A stretch of 64,000 nt of DNA, taken from NCBI GenBank assembly GCA_965224705.1, contig OZ245056.1, positions 1,440,001 to 1,504,000 of the forward strand. Direction: 5' to 3'. Positions 17,288-27,744 of this stretch are shown here, in pieces. Numbering within the stretch: position 1 is the first letter of the stretch; each line of letters opens with the position of its first letter. A model generated the notes under the pieces. That model ran no database searches. It was not told the origin of the DNA and was given only the letters and a program-made list of their open reading frames with translations. Origin of the DNA: Spirochaetaceae bacterium. Its GTDB lineage: Bacteria; Spirochaetota; Spirochaetia; DSM-2461. The translations under genes and the position numbers were made by a program.

Positions 17288-18669
17288 TTCCTGCTCTTTG
17301 AAATTACAGCCATTCTTTTGAGATACGATATCAGTTTTGATTTGTCAATCACTTCTATCGTACGACTTTTTGCGTAATCCTTTGCGGAGTATGTCACATC
17401 AGCGCTGGTAATAATATAACCATTTTTTATACCTTTTTTCTGCAGATACTCCTGGAATATACGCAAAGTTTTTACATCTATATCTTCCATACTTCTGAGA
17501 ATTCTAAAGCATCTCTGGGATTGCATTTCATTGAGCCACCGTTTTGGTTTTTTTGATTCAGCAAGTATCTGGGCACCATCTCTTATTGGTTTATAGCTGG
17601 TTACATTATAACCTGATACTTCAATAATCTGATGGCAAATCCTTTCAAATTCCTCAGGAGAAGCCGTTATAAAGTCTAATAATGAATCGTGTTTTTTTAG
17701 ATCCCTGTACTGATTTAATTTTGCAGGAACATCACGGAAATTCTTATTTATCTGATGAATCATTTCCCACTGCTCAAGTGCTTCTTCCAGATTATTCAAT
17801 TTCTCATGGCATTGTGATAGAAAGTAACGGGCAAACAATGTTCTGTTTGACTCCCGGTCATCGCCTGGAGATTCAATTGCGTGTTCAAAATTTATCTGAG
17901 CCTTTCCGGCATTGCCAAGGGACATATAGCATAATCCTCTTTCGATGAGGGAAGCCTGTCTCATTTCATGATCATGGTATGAAATATCAAATGATGAAAT
18001 GGCCTGTCTGTAATTTCTGTGGTCTTTGTAAAGACATCCAAGATAAAAGTGAGCTTTGCAGTCATTTGGTGAAAGTTCAATAGCCTTTTCCAGGGCCGGT
18101 TTTGCTTCGGCAGGGTTTTGTGCATTGTACATCACCTGACCATAGGCCCTGTAAGCATCTCTATGTATGGGGTTGTATTTGATCGTCTGTTTGTAGTAAT
18201 GTGCTGCTTTATTGGATTCATTTTGCTTTTCAAACAACTGACCAGCTTGATAGTAGTATCTGGCTTCGACAGGGGCGAGTTTTATGAGTAAAAGGTATTC
18301 CTTGAGAGCCTCCACTTCTTCGCCGAATTCTATATATAGAGAAGCAATCGCTTCTCTGAAATCCTGCTCTCGGCAGATACCTGAAAAAATGGAGTGCTTG
18401 TTGACTATCCTGTATTCCTGTAATGCCATTTTTTTCTCGCCTGCCAGCTCATAGGATTTGCCCAGGAGGTAATGAGCATCATAGTTCTGGGGATCTTTTT
18501 CCAGGAGCTTCTTTGCATAGTTGATTGCTTGAGGATATCGGCCATTTGAGATGATATCCTGTAATCCAGTTATTCTCTTTGGAGCCAGATTGATTATGAT
18601 TATACGAACCAGGAGCCCTAAAATGGTAGAAGAGAGAATGATCAGAAAAACAAGTATACCAATATCCAT
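17284..18669 (-). CDS. Membrane-anchored TPR protein with C-terminal Mrr-like restriction-endonuclease fold
   Basis: N-terminal TM from MDIGILV, TPR repeats, C-terminal SPEEFERIC...GYIITS...AKDYA...IEVID pattern; start moved from the ORF-track 18855. Confidence 0.75.
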   Translation of the reverse strand: MDIGILVFLIILSSTILGLLVRIIIINLAPKRITGLQDIISNGRYPQAINYAKKLLEKDPQNYDAHYLLGKSYELAGEKKMALQEYRIVNKHSIFSGICREQDFREAIASLYIEFGEEVEALKEYLLLIKLAPVEARYYYQAGQLFEKQNESNKAAHYYKQTIKYNPIHRDAYRAYGQVMYNAQNPAEAKPALEKAIELSPNDCKAHFYLGCLYKDHRNYRQAISSFDISYHDHEMRQASLIERGLCYMSLGNAGKAQINFEHAIESPGDDRESNRTLFARYFLSQCHEKLNNLEEALEQWEMIHQINKNFRDVPAKLNQYRDLKKHDSLLDFITASPEEFERICHQIIEVSGYNVTSYKPIRDGAQILAESKKPKRWLNEMQSQRCFRILRSMEDIDVKTLRIFQEYLQKKGIKNGYIITSADVTYSAKDYAKSRTIEVIDKSKLISYLKRMAVISKSRK

Positions 18670-18682
18670 CACAGAAACCAGT

Positions 18683-19411
18683 ATGTCAGATACAGGGACT
18701 GATGTCAAACGAGCCGCAGGGAGCCTATTATTGATTATCCTGGTGTTCTGTACTGATATTTCTCTGGGAGCTCTTTCTGCTGATGAATGGTTTGAAAAGG
18801 GAATTGAGGCTTTCAAGTGGCGGAGAATTGATGATGCTGCCGCTTGTTTCATCAAAGCAGAAGAGGAGAACCCGTCTTCTCCAGTTTATCCATTCTATGC
18901 CGGCCTTTGTTATCATCAAAGTGGCCGATTCACCGACGCAGAAGCTGCATATGAAAGAAGTCTGTCTCTTGGCGGTGATACGGACGATGTTTTGCTGAAT
19001 CGCGGCAATCTCCGGTGGAAAAGAGGAAACATTCAGGGTGCAGTGGAAGACTACACAACGGTTATTGAGGGTGGAGGAAAGAATGTTTCGTCTGCTTTGC
19101 TGAACAGAGCCAACCTGGAGCTCAATCAGGAGAAGTATGATGAATCCGTCAGGGACTACTCATTATATTTGAAAAGAGAACCTGATTCCCCTGACCGGAA
19201 AAAAATTGAAAAAGTAATTGCCCTGGTGAATGAAAAAATCCAGGAAGCCATGATAGCCGAAGCACGACGCATTCAGGAGGAAGCTCGTCGACAGGCTTTA
19301 TTGGAAGAAGTGAGAGGCTCGCTTGGGGATAGTGGAGAAAACACTAAGAGTATCAGTGCTGGTTCCGAGAATCTACGAGAAGAATTTGAAGAATCGGATT
19401 TGGAGGACTAA
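18683..19411 (+). CDS. TPR protein with signal peptide
   Basis: TPR motifs (FYAGLCY, LNRGNL, LNRANL); start uncertain. Confidence 0.75.
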   Translation: MSDTGTDVKRAAGSLLLIILVFCTDISLGALSADEWFEKGIEAFKWRRIDDAAACFIKAEEENPSSPVYPFYAGLCYHQSGRFTDAEAAYERSLSLGGDTDDVLLNRGNLRWKRGNIQGAVEDYTTVIEGGGKNVSSALLNRANLELNQEKYDESVRDYSLYLKREPDSPDRKKIEKVIALVNEKIQEAMIAEARRIQEEARRQALLEEVRGSLGDSGENTKSISAGSENLREEFEESDLED

Positions 19412-21453
19412 TGATGAACAGGAAGTCCATGTTGACAGTTATCGCAGGTACCCTGCTGGTGGTTGTTCTATTCAGTCTTCTTCTCATTGCTCTGAACAGG
19501 GGCGATGGCAGAAGTGAGAGCGAAACAGGTTCGACCCTGAGTACAGTGGAAAGAGATAATCTACTGACTCTAGTACGGAACTATTATGAACGGGGTGAAT
19601 ACCAGATGGCATTGGAGCTGTTGAATGAGTTATTGATAGCAGATTCCAGTGATGAAGAAGCCGAGAGTCTGCTGGATGAAATCCTTACCGCCAGAAACGA
19701 CAGCAGTGAAGCTTCAAATAGTTCAGAACTCAGTGAACTCGAAGAGCAGAATGAGAATTCTGAGAAACAGCTGCTGAGCCAGACGAATTCTCAAGTCCAG
19801 GAAGATCCGGAAGAACGGGCTGCAAGGCTGGAAGCAGAAGAACAACGCCGTAAAGAAAGGGAAATCAAGAAGAAAGAGGCGGATAATCATGTTCAAAATG
19901 CCAGGAAGGCACTGGCCAGGGGTCAATTTGATGACGCTGTAGCCGAAGCTGATAATGCACTCCGTATTATCCCCGATTCTTCAGAAGCTGCTCAGATAAA
20001 AAAAGAAGCGGAACAGGCAAAACGAGATGCTGAGAGTGCGGAAGAACGTCGGATACGTGAGGAAAGAGAAAAAGAGCTGGTAAGAATTCTCAGTGATGCT
20101 CAGGATGCACTGGAATCCAAAAACTACTCCAGTGCACGTCGTTCAGCGGATTTGGCGAAGGAAATTGATCCTGCTTCCAATAAGCCATGGGTAATAGAAG
20201 GTGATGCATGGTTCCAGGAGAATCCGGACAGTCAGAAAAACAGACAGTTGGCCAGAGACTCATATGAAGAGGCACTTGACCTGGATCCTGCCGACTGGAT
20301 TCCTCACTATCGGCTTGGTCAAATTGCTGCATCTGAAGGTGATCTTGATGATGCTATAGAACACTATGAGAAAGCCGTCAGTCTAAACCGATCCGCCACG
20401 GAAATATTATATGAACTGGGTAAGGCCCAATACCGGGATAAACGTTACCGTGATGCAAGCAAATCCTTTGAAAGAGTTTCAAGTTTAGAGCCTGACTTGA
20501 AGAGTAACTGGTTCAACCTGGGATTGAGTTTTTTAAAGATTGAACAGGTGGCTGATGCAGAGCGGGCATTCAAGGAAAGCATTCAGATTCGGCCGGATCA
20601 TGCTGCCAGCTACTACGAACTTGGTCACATTCAACTTGGAAGAGACAGGTGGCAGGAAGCAGCCGATTCATTTACCATGGCTGCGAATCTTGTTCCACGA
20701 AATGTTTCTTACTGGCGTGGATTGGGAGTTGCCTATTTCAGGGATGAGTCGTTTGAAAATGCGAGAAATGCTTATGAAACAGCAGTAAGTCTTACACCCG
20801 ACCATGGGGATACTCATTACAATCTGGCTTTGATCAGCATCAAACTCAAGGATATCAACAGTGCACTTGAACATGCTGCTGAGGCCGTGAAATCTGATAG
20901 AAGTAATCCGGTTTACTATTACACTCTGGGTCTGGCTGCTCAGGAAGCCGGTCTCCGGGATGATGCAATTGACAGTTACAGGCAAGCTGCCGCATTGGAT
21001 GCTCGCTACTCAAAACCCCTCATCAATCTTGGAGTTCTTCTTAATGAATCTGGTGAATACGACCAGGCTCTTGAAATATTGCTCAGGGCATTCCGCATCG
21101 AACCCAATGCAGTAACGGTCTGGAATAATCTTGGAAAAGTGTATCTCCATAAGAAAAACTACACAGACAGTCTCAGGTTTTTTCAAAAGGCTGTTGCCCA
21201 GGAACCGAATGATCCGGAATTGCAGATGAACCTGGCCCTTGTTTTGACGGAGAACAACAACACAGATGAGGCAATTCGTGCCTATAAGAAAGTCCTTCTC
21301 CTGGAGCCTTCCAACAGTATTGCCTATGATAAATTAGCAAGAGTGTACTTCTCCACAGGGAAGACAGCTGAAGCAAAAAGAGTTGTTTCTGATCTTGAGA
21401 AGCAGAACCCCGATTATCCAGGATTGAGTGATCTGAAGTCCCTGCTGCTCTGA
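19411..21453 (+). CDS. Large membrane-anchored TPR protein
   Basis: N-terminal TM, charged coiled region, more than 10 TPR units. Confidence 0.85.
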   Translation: MMNRKSMLTVIAGTLLVVVLFSLLLIALNRGDGRSESETGSTLSTVERDNLLTLVRNYYERGEYQMALELLNELLIADSSDEEAESLLDEILTARNDSSEASNSSELSELEEQNENSEKQLLSQTNSQVQEDPEERAARLEAEEQRRKEREIKKKEADNHVQNARKALARGQFDDAVAEADNALRIIPDSSEAAQIKKEAEQAKRDAESAEERRIREEREKELVRILSDAQDALESKNYSSARRSADLAKEIDPASNKPWVIEGDAWFQENPDSQKNRQLARDSYEEALDLDPADWIPHYRLGQIAASEGDLDDAIEHYEKAVSLNRSATEILYELGKAQYRDKRYRDASKSFERVSSLEPDLKSNWFNLGLSFLKIEQVADAERAFKESIQIRPDHAASYYELGHIQLGRDRWQEAADSFTMAANLVPRNVSYWRGLGVAYFRDESFENARNAYETAVSLTPDHGDTHYNLALISIKLKDINSALEHAAEAVKSDRSNPVYYYTLGLAAQEAGLRDDAIDSYRQAAALDARYSKPLINLGVLLNESGEYDQALEILLRAFRIEPNAVTVWNNLGKVYLHKKNYTDSLRFFQKAVAQEPNDPELQMNLALVLTENNNTDEAIRAYKKVLLLEPSNSIAYDKLARVYFSTGKTAEAKRVVSDLEKQNPDYPGLSDLKSLLL

Positions 21454-21575
21454 GGACGGGTTCAGGACACAGATAATCTCACTGATTGACCTGCGACGGA
21501 TACCGGGAGGGAATCGGCCAATGAGGCGGACGTCATCATGAGATTTGCGAAAAAGTTGACTGTTACCCCCCCCCC

Positions 21576-21604
21576 TTGAATAAATAAAAAAAGCCAATTA
21601 CAAT
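21576..21604 (+). promoter_or_regulatory. sigma70-like promoter of tctCBA
   Basis: TTGAAT-17 nt-TACAAT directly after a C10 run. Confidence 0.55.
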
Positions 21605-21728
21605 ACAAAGAACAATTCCATTATGAAGTTTTTCGATGAATTCGATAGCGATAAACTCAATAGAATTCGATAGGATTGAATTGCTGATAAAAATCGTCAG
21701 CAATAAGAGCTAATTAAGGAGGAAAACC

Positions 21729-22718
21729 ATGAAAAAGCTCGCATTAGTAATTCTGGTTCTGATACTGCCGATTGTCACGACAGCGGCAAACGGGACCGGG
21801 GACGATGATGAAATGGGGATAGAGGAAATTCATTTCCTAATCCCGGGAGGTGCTGGAGGAGGCTGGGATACCACCGCACGCGGTGTGGGTCAGGTTTTGA
21901 GCACGACAGGACTCATCAAAACGGCTTCATACGAGAATATGTCCGGCGGCGGCGGCGGGGTAGCCATTGCCTACCTGATCAAGACAGCCAACTCAAAAGT
22001 AGCCCAGCGTACCCTGATGGTTAATTCCACCCCCATCATCACCCGGTCGCTTTCCAAAGTCTTTCCCCAGTCGTTTAGAGACATAGTTCCGGTAGCCGGT
22101 GTAATTGCCGATTATCAGTGCTTTGTCGTGCCGGTTGATTCGCCCTTTCGCATGTGGCAGGATGTCGTTGATACCTTTATGGCGGATCCCACCTCGGTCA
22201 AGATTGCGGGAGGCTCCGCAGTCGGCAGCCTGGATCACATAGTGGCAGCTCTGGCCTTCAAGCAGTCCGGCGGCGATCCATCCATGGTGGAATACATTGC
22301 CTACGATGCTGGTGGAGAAGCCATGACAGCCCTGCTCTCAGGTGAAACCGGTCTGTTATCCACAGGTGCGGGCGAGGCACTGGAACTGGCCAAAGCCGGT
22401 CAGGTGCGCATACTGAGTGTCACTGCCGAAGAACGGCTAGGTGCGGCCCCCGATGTCCCCACCTTGACCGAGCAGGGATTTGATGTCGTCTTTGCCAATT
22501 GGCGGGGATTCTTTGCTCCTCCGGGAACATCGGTCGAACAGGTTGCCGCCTACAACGAAATCTTTGCCAGCATGTACGACACCCAGGAATGGGAGGCAAT
22601 GCGCAGCAAGAACGGTTGGGTGAACACCTATAAGAATCAGGACGAATTTGTTCCTTTCCTGGAAGAACAAGAAAAAGCTATCGGCACGCTGATGCGTGAA
22701 CTGGGCTTTATCGAATAA
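21729..22718 (+). CDS. tctC: Tripartite tricarboxylate transporter substrate-binding protein
   Basis: PGGAGGGWDTTAR, GGGGG, DVPTLTEQG, NWRGFFAPPG. Confidence 0.92.
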   Translation: MKKLALVILVLILPIVTTAANGTGDDDEMGIEEIHFLIPGGAGGGWDTTARGVGQVLSTTGLIKTASYENMSGGGGGVAIAYLIKTANSKVAQRTLMVNSTPIITRSLSKVFPQSFRDIVPVAGVIADYQCFVVPVDSPFRMWQDVVDTFMADPTSVKIAGGSAVGSLDHIVAALAFKQSGGDPSMVEYIAYDAGGEAMTALLSGETGLLSTGAGEALELAKAGQVRILSVTAEERLGAAPDVPTLTEQGFDVVFANWRGFFAPPGTSVEQVAAYNEIFASMYDTQEWEAMRSKNGWVNTYKNQDEFVPFLEEQEKAIGTLMRELGFIE

Positions 22719-22721
22719 TCC

Positions 22722-23225
22722 ATGAAAACCATCAGCAAACAAATTGCTGGCGGATTGATCTTCCTTGCCATCTCCCTTTTTTACGGGATTAAGGCAAGGG
22801 GGATTGAACTCTTCTTTTATAAAGAAGGGCAGATATTCACAGCCCGTACCATACCCTATGCCCTGAGCATACTGGGAATCATCTTTTCTGTCCTCTACCT
22901 GATATTTCCCATTGTACGGCTGCTGCGGCTTCAAAAGAAATCAGTGCCAGGCCACAGCGGCGATACCGAAGGCAATGATGCGGCCAGCCATGATTGGAAA
23001 ACAGTCGTTATGCTGCTGATACTCATGATCCTCTATGTGACAATGTTTTCGCTTCTTGGCTTTATTATTGCCACCATCGCCTTTTTGATGGGCGGCTTTT
23101 TTATTATGGGCAAACGCAGATGGAAGGCCCTTCTTATTGTCCCGACTGCTATCGTCGTTATATTCTGGCTGCTGGTAGAAGTATTGCTGAATATCCATCT
23201 GATGAGCGGTAGTTTATGGATGTAG
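22722..23225 (+). CDS. tctB: Tripartite tricarboxylate transporter small membrane subunit
   Basis: Small multi-TM protein between tctC and tctA. Confidence 0.85.
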   Translation: MKTISKQIAGGLIFLAISLFYGIKARGIELFFYKEGQIFTARTIPYALSILGIIFSVLYLIFPIVRLLRLQKKSVPGHSGDTEGNDAASHDWKTVVMLLILMILYVTMFSLLGFIIATIAFLMGGFFIMGKRRWKALLIVPTAIVVIFWLLVEVLLNIHLMSGSLWM

Positions 23226-23325
23226 ACCTTGCTGGATGAACTGATGCTGCAGCAAAGCCGGTCAGGCAGGCCCTGGCCATGGAATTCTAATCTAAAAGTA
23301 TATAAAGTACATAGGAAGAATAATT

Positions 23326-24843
23326 ATGTTTGAAGGAATTACAAGCGGATTATTTACCGTATTCAATCCGATCAACCTTCTTATGGTAATCATCGGCTGC
23401 TTTGCGGGAACCTTTGTGGGCCTGCTTCCCGGACTGGGGCCCATCACGGCCATCGCACTGATGATCCCGGTAACCTATGGTCTGGCCCCCTCTTCGGGAC
23501 TTATTCTTATGGCCGGGGTTTACTATGGGGCAATTTTCGGCGGATCGACATCGTCCATCCTTATAAATGCACCGGGTGTAGCGGCCACCGTGGCCACCTC
23601 ATTCGACGGCTATCCTCTGGCAAAGAAGGGATATGCCGCCAAGGCCCTGAGCGTTGCCGCCTACTGCTCATTCACCGGCGGTACCATTGGGGCCATACTT
23701 CTGTTGGTGGCTGCACCCCTACTCTCCCGGGTTTCGCTTAGTTTTCAGTCCTCGGATTATTTTGCTCTGATGATGCTGGGATTAACCGCCGTAGCGGCCT
23801 TTTCGGGCCGGGGCAACTTCCTGAAAGGAATGATGATGACCGTACTGGGACTCATGCTGGCTACCATCGGCACCGACCTTTCCACAGGAGTACAGCGCTT
23901 TGTTTTTGGAAACATGAATCTGGTCGATGGAATTAGCTTTCTTCTTGTGGTTATGGCCACCTTTGCCATTGGAGAAGTTCTTTCGAATGTATTCAATGCC
24001 GAAAAACTCACTCACGATCAACAAAAAGCCCTTTCGTCCAAAATGGGAAAAATGCGCCTTAGTAAACAGGAAGTCAAGGAGATTGCCCCGGCAGCCGGCC
24101 GCTCATCGCTGCTGGGATTCATCGTGGGCGTGCTCCCCGGAGCCGGTGCCACCATAGCCAGCTTTCTCGCCTACGGCATGGAGCGCAGCATCGCCAAACC
24201 CGACAAACAAAAAGAGTTTGGTAGGGGCAGTCTACGCGGGCTTGCCGCCCCGGAAGCCGCCAACAATGCCGCCTCTTCAGGATCATTTGTACCCCTGCTC
24301 ACACTGGGAATACCTGGATCGGGAACCACTGCGGTCATGCTGGGAGCTCTAATATCTTTTGGCGTACAGCCAGGTCCGCGCCTGATGGTAGACAACCCCG
24401 AAGTATTCTGGTCGGTAATCATCTCCATGTATGCGGGCAACATCATCCTGCTCATCCTCAATCTTCCCCTGATACCCTACATTGCGAAACTGCTTGCCAT
24501 ACCACGCCCCTACCTGCTGCCCATGATCCTTTTTCTGTCCCTGATTGGAGTCTACCTTATATCATTCAACTTTTTTGAAATGTTTCTTATGGTGGGTTTA
24601 GCGGCGGCGGCCTTTGTACTGCGTCTCCTGGATTTTCCTATGCCGCCCCTTATACTTGGCTTCGTGCTCGGAGGAATGATGGAAGAAAACATCCGCCGTT
24701 CTGTTACCATCCATAATAATTCCCTGTCCTTTATCTGGAAACGCCCAATCACCCTGACCCTGTTGATAATCACCGCCATCCTGCTGCTGCTGCCCATGAT
24801 CCGTGCATTCTTATCGTGGCTCAAGGAACACAGGCAATCATAA
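23326..24843 (+). CDS. tctA: Tripartite tricarboxylate transporter large membrane subunit
   Basis: GLLPGLG, ATSFDGYP, APEAANNA, LTLGIPGS. Confidence 0.95.
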   Translation: MFEGITSGLFTVFNPINLLMVIIGCFAGTFVGLLPGLGPITAIALMIPVTYGLAPSSGLILMAGVYYGAIFGGSTSSILINAPGVAATVATSFDGYPLAKKGYAAKALSVAAYCSFTGGTIGAILLLVAAPLLSRVSLSFQSSDYFALMMLGLTAVAAFSGRGNFLKGMMMTVLGLMLATIGTDLSTGVQRFVFGNMNLVDGISFLLVVMATFAIGEVLSNVFNAEKLTHDQQKALSSKMGKMRLSKQEVKEIAPAAGRSSLLGFIVGVLPGAGATIASFLAYGMERSIAKPDKQKEFGRGSLRGLAAPEAANNAASSGSFVPLLTLGIPGSGTTAVMLGALISFGVQPGPRLMVDNPEVFWSVIISMYAGNIILLILNLPLIPYIAKLLAIPRPYLLPMILFLSLIGVYLISFNFFEMFLMVGLAAAAFVLRLLDFPMPPLILGFVLGGMMEENIRRSVTIHNNSLSFIWKRPITLTLLIITAILLLLPMIRAFLSWLKEHRQS

Positions 24844-24984
24844 GTAGAGAATCCAATGTCAACCAAACCCATTGAACTCTCCCGGGTTTTAAATTCTCAA
24901 GGGTTGAAGAACTGCTTTTATTGAGGTAGTCTTTGACTGAAGAGTTGATCAGTCAATTGGTTGAGATAAAAAGGAGAACGTGTC

Positions 24985-26691
24985 ATGAAAAGAATGTTTA
25001 TTTCCCTATTGGCGGCTAGCCTGCTGACCCTGTGCCCCTGGAGCCTTGCCGCCCGGGGTGATGAAGAGGCAGGTAAGAATGGAGAAATAACGGTTGAATC
25101 CGGAGTGAAGAGGGGGGGCATTGTGAATGTAACCTCTTCAAAACAGGGAGTTTTGATCAAGAATTTCAACCCCTTTTCTCCAAACGCTCTCCGCCCTACT
25201 TTCGGATGTTTTTACGAACCCCTGGTGTTTGCCAATGCCTACTCAGGGGACATCCTGCCATGGCTGGCCGAATCATTCTCATGGTCAGAGGATCTGAAAA
25301 CCCTGAACTTCAATCTGAGGAAGGATGTTCAGTGGAACGATGGAAGCGGTTTTGATGCGGATGATGTCATCTTCACGGTTGAACTGGGTAAGGATAACAA
25401 GGTTCTCGACAAGATTGGAATCTGGAAGCAGGGTCTTGTTTCTATTGAAAAAATTGATCGGTACAGCGTTGCATTCCATTTTGATGAGGTGAATACCACC
25501 ATACTCCCTGGCCTTGGAAGTCTTTATATAATCCCTGAACACATCTGGGCTGCCATCGATAACCCCTCCGAGTGGACGGGCAACGAGAATCCTGTAGGGA
25601 CGGGGCCCTTTCTTTTTGAGGATAACTCCTTCTCCGAGCAGTCCTACAGACTCAAAAAAAATCCCTCCTACTGGCAGATGGGCATGGATGGAAAACCGCT
25701 TCCCTACATCAACGGTATCCAGTACATAGGAGCCACCGGTAATGCCCAGGCCCAGATGAAGATTATATCGGGGGAGATTGACTGGGGAATGTACTTTATC
25801 GCCAATATTGAGGAAACCTATGCCAAGAGAGATAAACTTCACAACCACTATTGGATTCCCGAGGGAAACCTCGTTTACCTGAACCTGAACAATGGAACAG
25901 AGCCCTTTAACAGCAGAAATATGAGAAGGGCCCTGGCCATGGCCATTGATCAAGAGGAAATTACAACCATTATGAACTCCGGTGCTGTTCCCGCTGATCA
26001 GGGAGGGGTGAAAACCGGCTACCTCTCATGGATACCCCAGAGTGCTTCAAAGTACAAATTGAGCTTTGATCCCCCGGGAGCGGTGAAGATTATGGAAGGA
26101 GAGGGATATACAAAAAACGATAAGGGCATTATGGAAAAAAATGGAAAAGAACTATCCTTTGCCCTCTATGTTCCCACCGGCTGGACCGACTGGATAACCG
26201 CAGTAGAAACCATAAGCAATCAACTCAAGGTGGTAGGTATTGAAGCCCGGGTAACCCAGGTGGCCTGGCCCTCCCCCTTTCTGGATAATATTACAACTGG
26301 CGAATATTACATTTCCATAGATTTTGTTAATTCAGGTTTCTCACCCTACTATCAATACAATAGTATTCTCCCATCAAGGCATTGGGCTGAAGTTGGAGAA
26401 GAGGCAACAGGCCATTCCCAGGTGAGATTTAAGGATCCAGCCATCGACCGGGCCTTTGATGACTACAGAAAAACCGATGACCCCGACAAACAATTGGAGA
26501 GTATAGGCTATATCCTGGAAACCGTAATGAAGGAAACGCCCCTGATCCCGCTCTTCTTCAACCCCACATGGTTTGAGTACTCCACACGGAACTTCACCGG
26601 ATGGCCCAATGCCGAGGATCCCTACACCATGCCCATGGTGGCTAATATGGACAAAATGCCCATATTCTTGCGCATTCAGCCCAGAAAGTAG
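24985..26691 (+). CDS. ABC transporter family-5 (Opp/Dpp-type) substrate-binding protein
   Basis: LRKDVQWNDG, PVGTGPF, VPTGWTDW, FTGWP; resembles oligosaccharide-binding members. Confidence 0.9.
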   Translation: MKRMFISLLAASLLTLCPWSLAARGDEEAGKNGEITVESGVKRGGIVNVTSSKQGVLIKNFNPFSPNALRPTFGCFYEPLVFANAYSGDILPWLAESFSWSEDLKTLNFNLRKDVQWNDGSGFDADDVIFTVELGKDNKVLDKIGIWKQGLVSIEKIDRYSVAFHFDEVNTTILPGLGSLYIIPEHIWAAIDNPSEWTGNENPVGTGPFLFEDNSFSEQSYRLKKNPSYWQMGMDGKPLPYINGIQYIGATGNAQAQMKIISGEIDWGMYFIANIEETYAKRDKLHNHYWIPEGNLVYLNLNNGTEPFNSRNMRRALAMAIDQEEITTIMNSGAVPADQGGVKTGYLSWIPQSASKYKLSFDPPGAVKIMEGEGYTKNDKGIMEKNGKELSFALYVPTGWTDWITAVETISNQLKVVGIEARVTQVAWPSPFLDNITTGEYYISIDFVNSGFSPYYQYNSILPSRHWAEVGEEATGHSQVRFKDPAIDRAFDDYRKTDDPDKQLESIGYILETVMKETPLIPLFFNPTWFEYSTRNFTGWPNAEDPYTMPMVANMDKMPIFLRIQPRK

Positions 26692-26721
26692 CGACGCCCC
26701 ATCGGGGATGCAGGGATATTG

Positions 26722-27744
26722 ATGAAGTATATATTAGCGAAGATCTTCTGGTTTGTATTTGCCCTCTTTATTGCCATAAGTATAAACTTCATCCTCCCCC
26801 GGATGATGCCCGGCGATCCTGTCAGTGTACTGGTGAACAAACTTCAGGGAATTGATGAAGGCTCCATAGATGCCATAAAGGCGGCCTTCGGGGTTGATAC
26901 GGATAAAAACATCTTCCAACAGTATGTTGAGTACCTGGTAAACCTTCTCAATGGCAACCTTGGAATATCCATCAGCAATTATCCCCACAAGGTGTGGGAC
27001 GTTATGTCAACTGTCATGCCCTGGACCATTGGCCTGATGGGTTTATCCACCCTATTCAGTTTCACCCTGGGCACCCTGATTGGAATTACCGTGGCCTGGA
27101 AGCGGGAAACGCCCCTGGCGAACGGGGTGTTGGGGATTTTCCTCTTCATCCGATCCTTTCCCTACTTCTGGTTAGGGCTTATTCTGGTTTACTTCTTTGC
27201 GTTCAAGAATCCCATCTTTCCCCTGGGAGGAGCCTATTCCATCAGCGTTATACGGGGAGACGGCTGGCCCTTTTTTAGATCGGTCATTACCCATGGGCTC
27301 TTGCCTGGTTTGACTATCAGCATAAGCTCCATGGGTTACTGGATGCTTACGGTCCGCAACAACATGATCAATGTTCTTGCGGAGGATTACATCGTTGTGG
27401 CAAAGGCAAAGGGACTTCCTGTCGCGAGAATTAGAAATCGTTATGCCGCTAGAAACGCCATCCTTCCCTCGGTATCCGGTTTTGCCATGGCCCTGGGATT
27501 CGTCATAGGCGGAAGTCTTCTTACCGAGATGGTTTTTTCCTATCCGGGCATAGGCTTCATGCTTTACCAGGCGGTTCAGCAACAGGATTATCCGTTAATC
27601 CAGGCCATTTTCCTATTCATTGCCGTGGCGGTGCTGGTTGCCAACCTGCTTTCCGACCTGGTTATCATGCTGCTTGATCCGAGGGTCAGAGACGGAGGAG
27701 CAAAAAATGAAGCAGGATGTATTTCGTCTATTCATCGACAATAA
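26722..27744 (+). CDS. Opp/Dpp-type ABC permease (OppB-like)
   Basis: MPGDP, AKAKGLP, FSYPGIG, DYPLIQ, DPRVR. Confidence 0.92.
   Translation: MKYILAKIFWFVFALFIAISINFILPRMMPGDPVSVLVNKLQGIDEGSIDAIKAAFGVDTDKNIFQQYVEYLVNLLNGNLGISISNYPHKVWDVMSTVMPWTIGLMGLSTLFSFTLGTLIGITVAWKRETPLANGVLGIFLFIRSFPYFWLGLILVYFFAFKNPIFPLGGAYSISVIRGDGWPFFRSVITHGLLPGLTISISSMGYWMLTVRNNMINVLAEDYIVVAKAKGLPVARIRNRYAARNAILPSVSGFAMALGFVIGGSLLTEMVFSYPGIGFMLYQAVQQQDYPLIQAIFLFIAVAVLVANLLSDLVIMLLDPRVRDGGAKNEAGCISSIHRQ

Noticed and set aside
27700..27744. Programmed slippage at the A6 run of the permease overlap
   Set aside because: Short run and a 38-nt overlap are ordinary; both genes are intact
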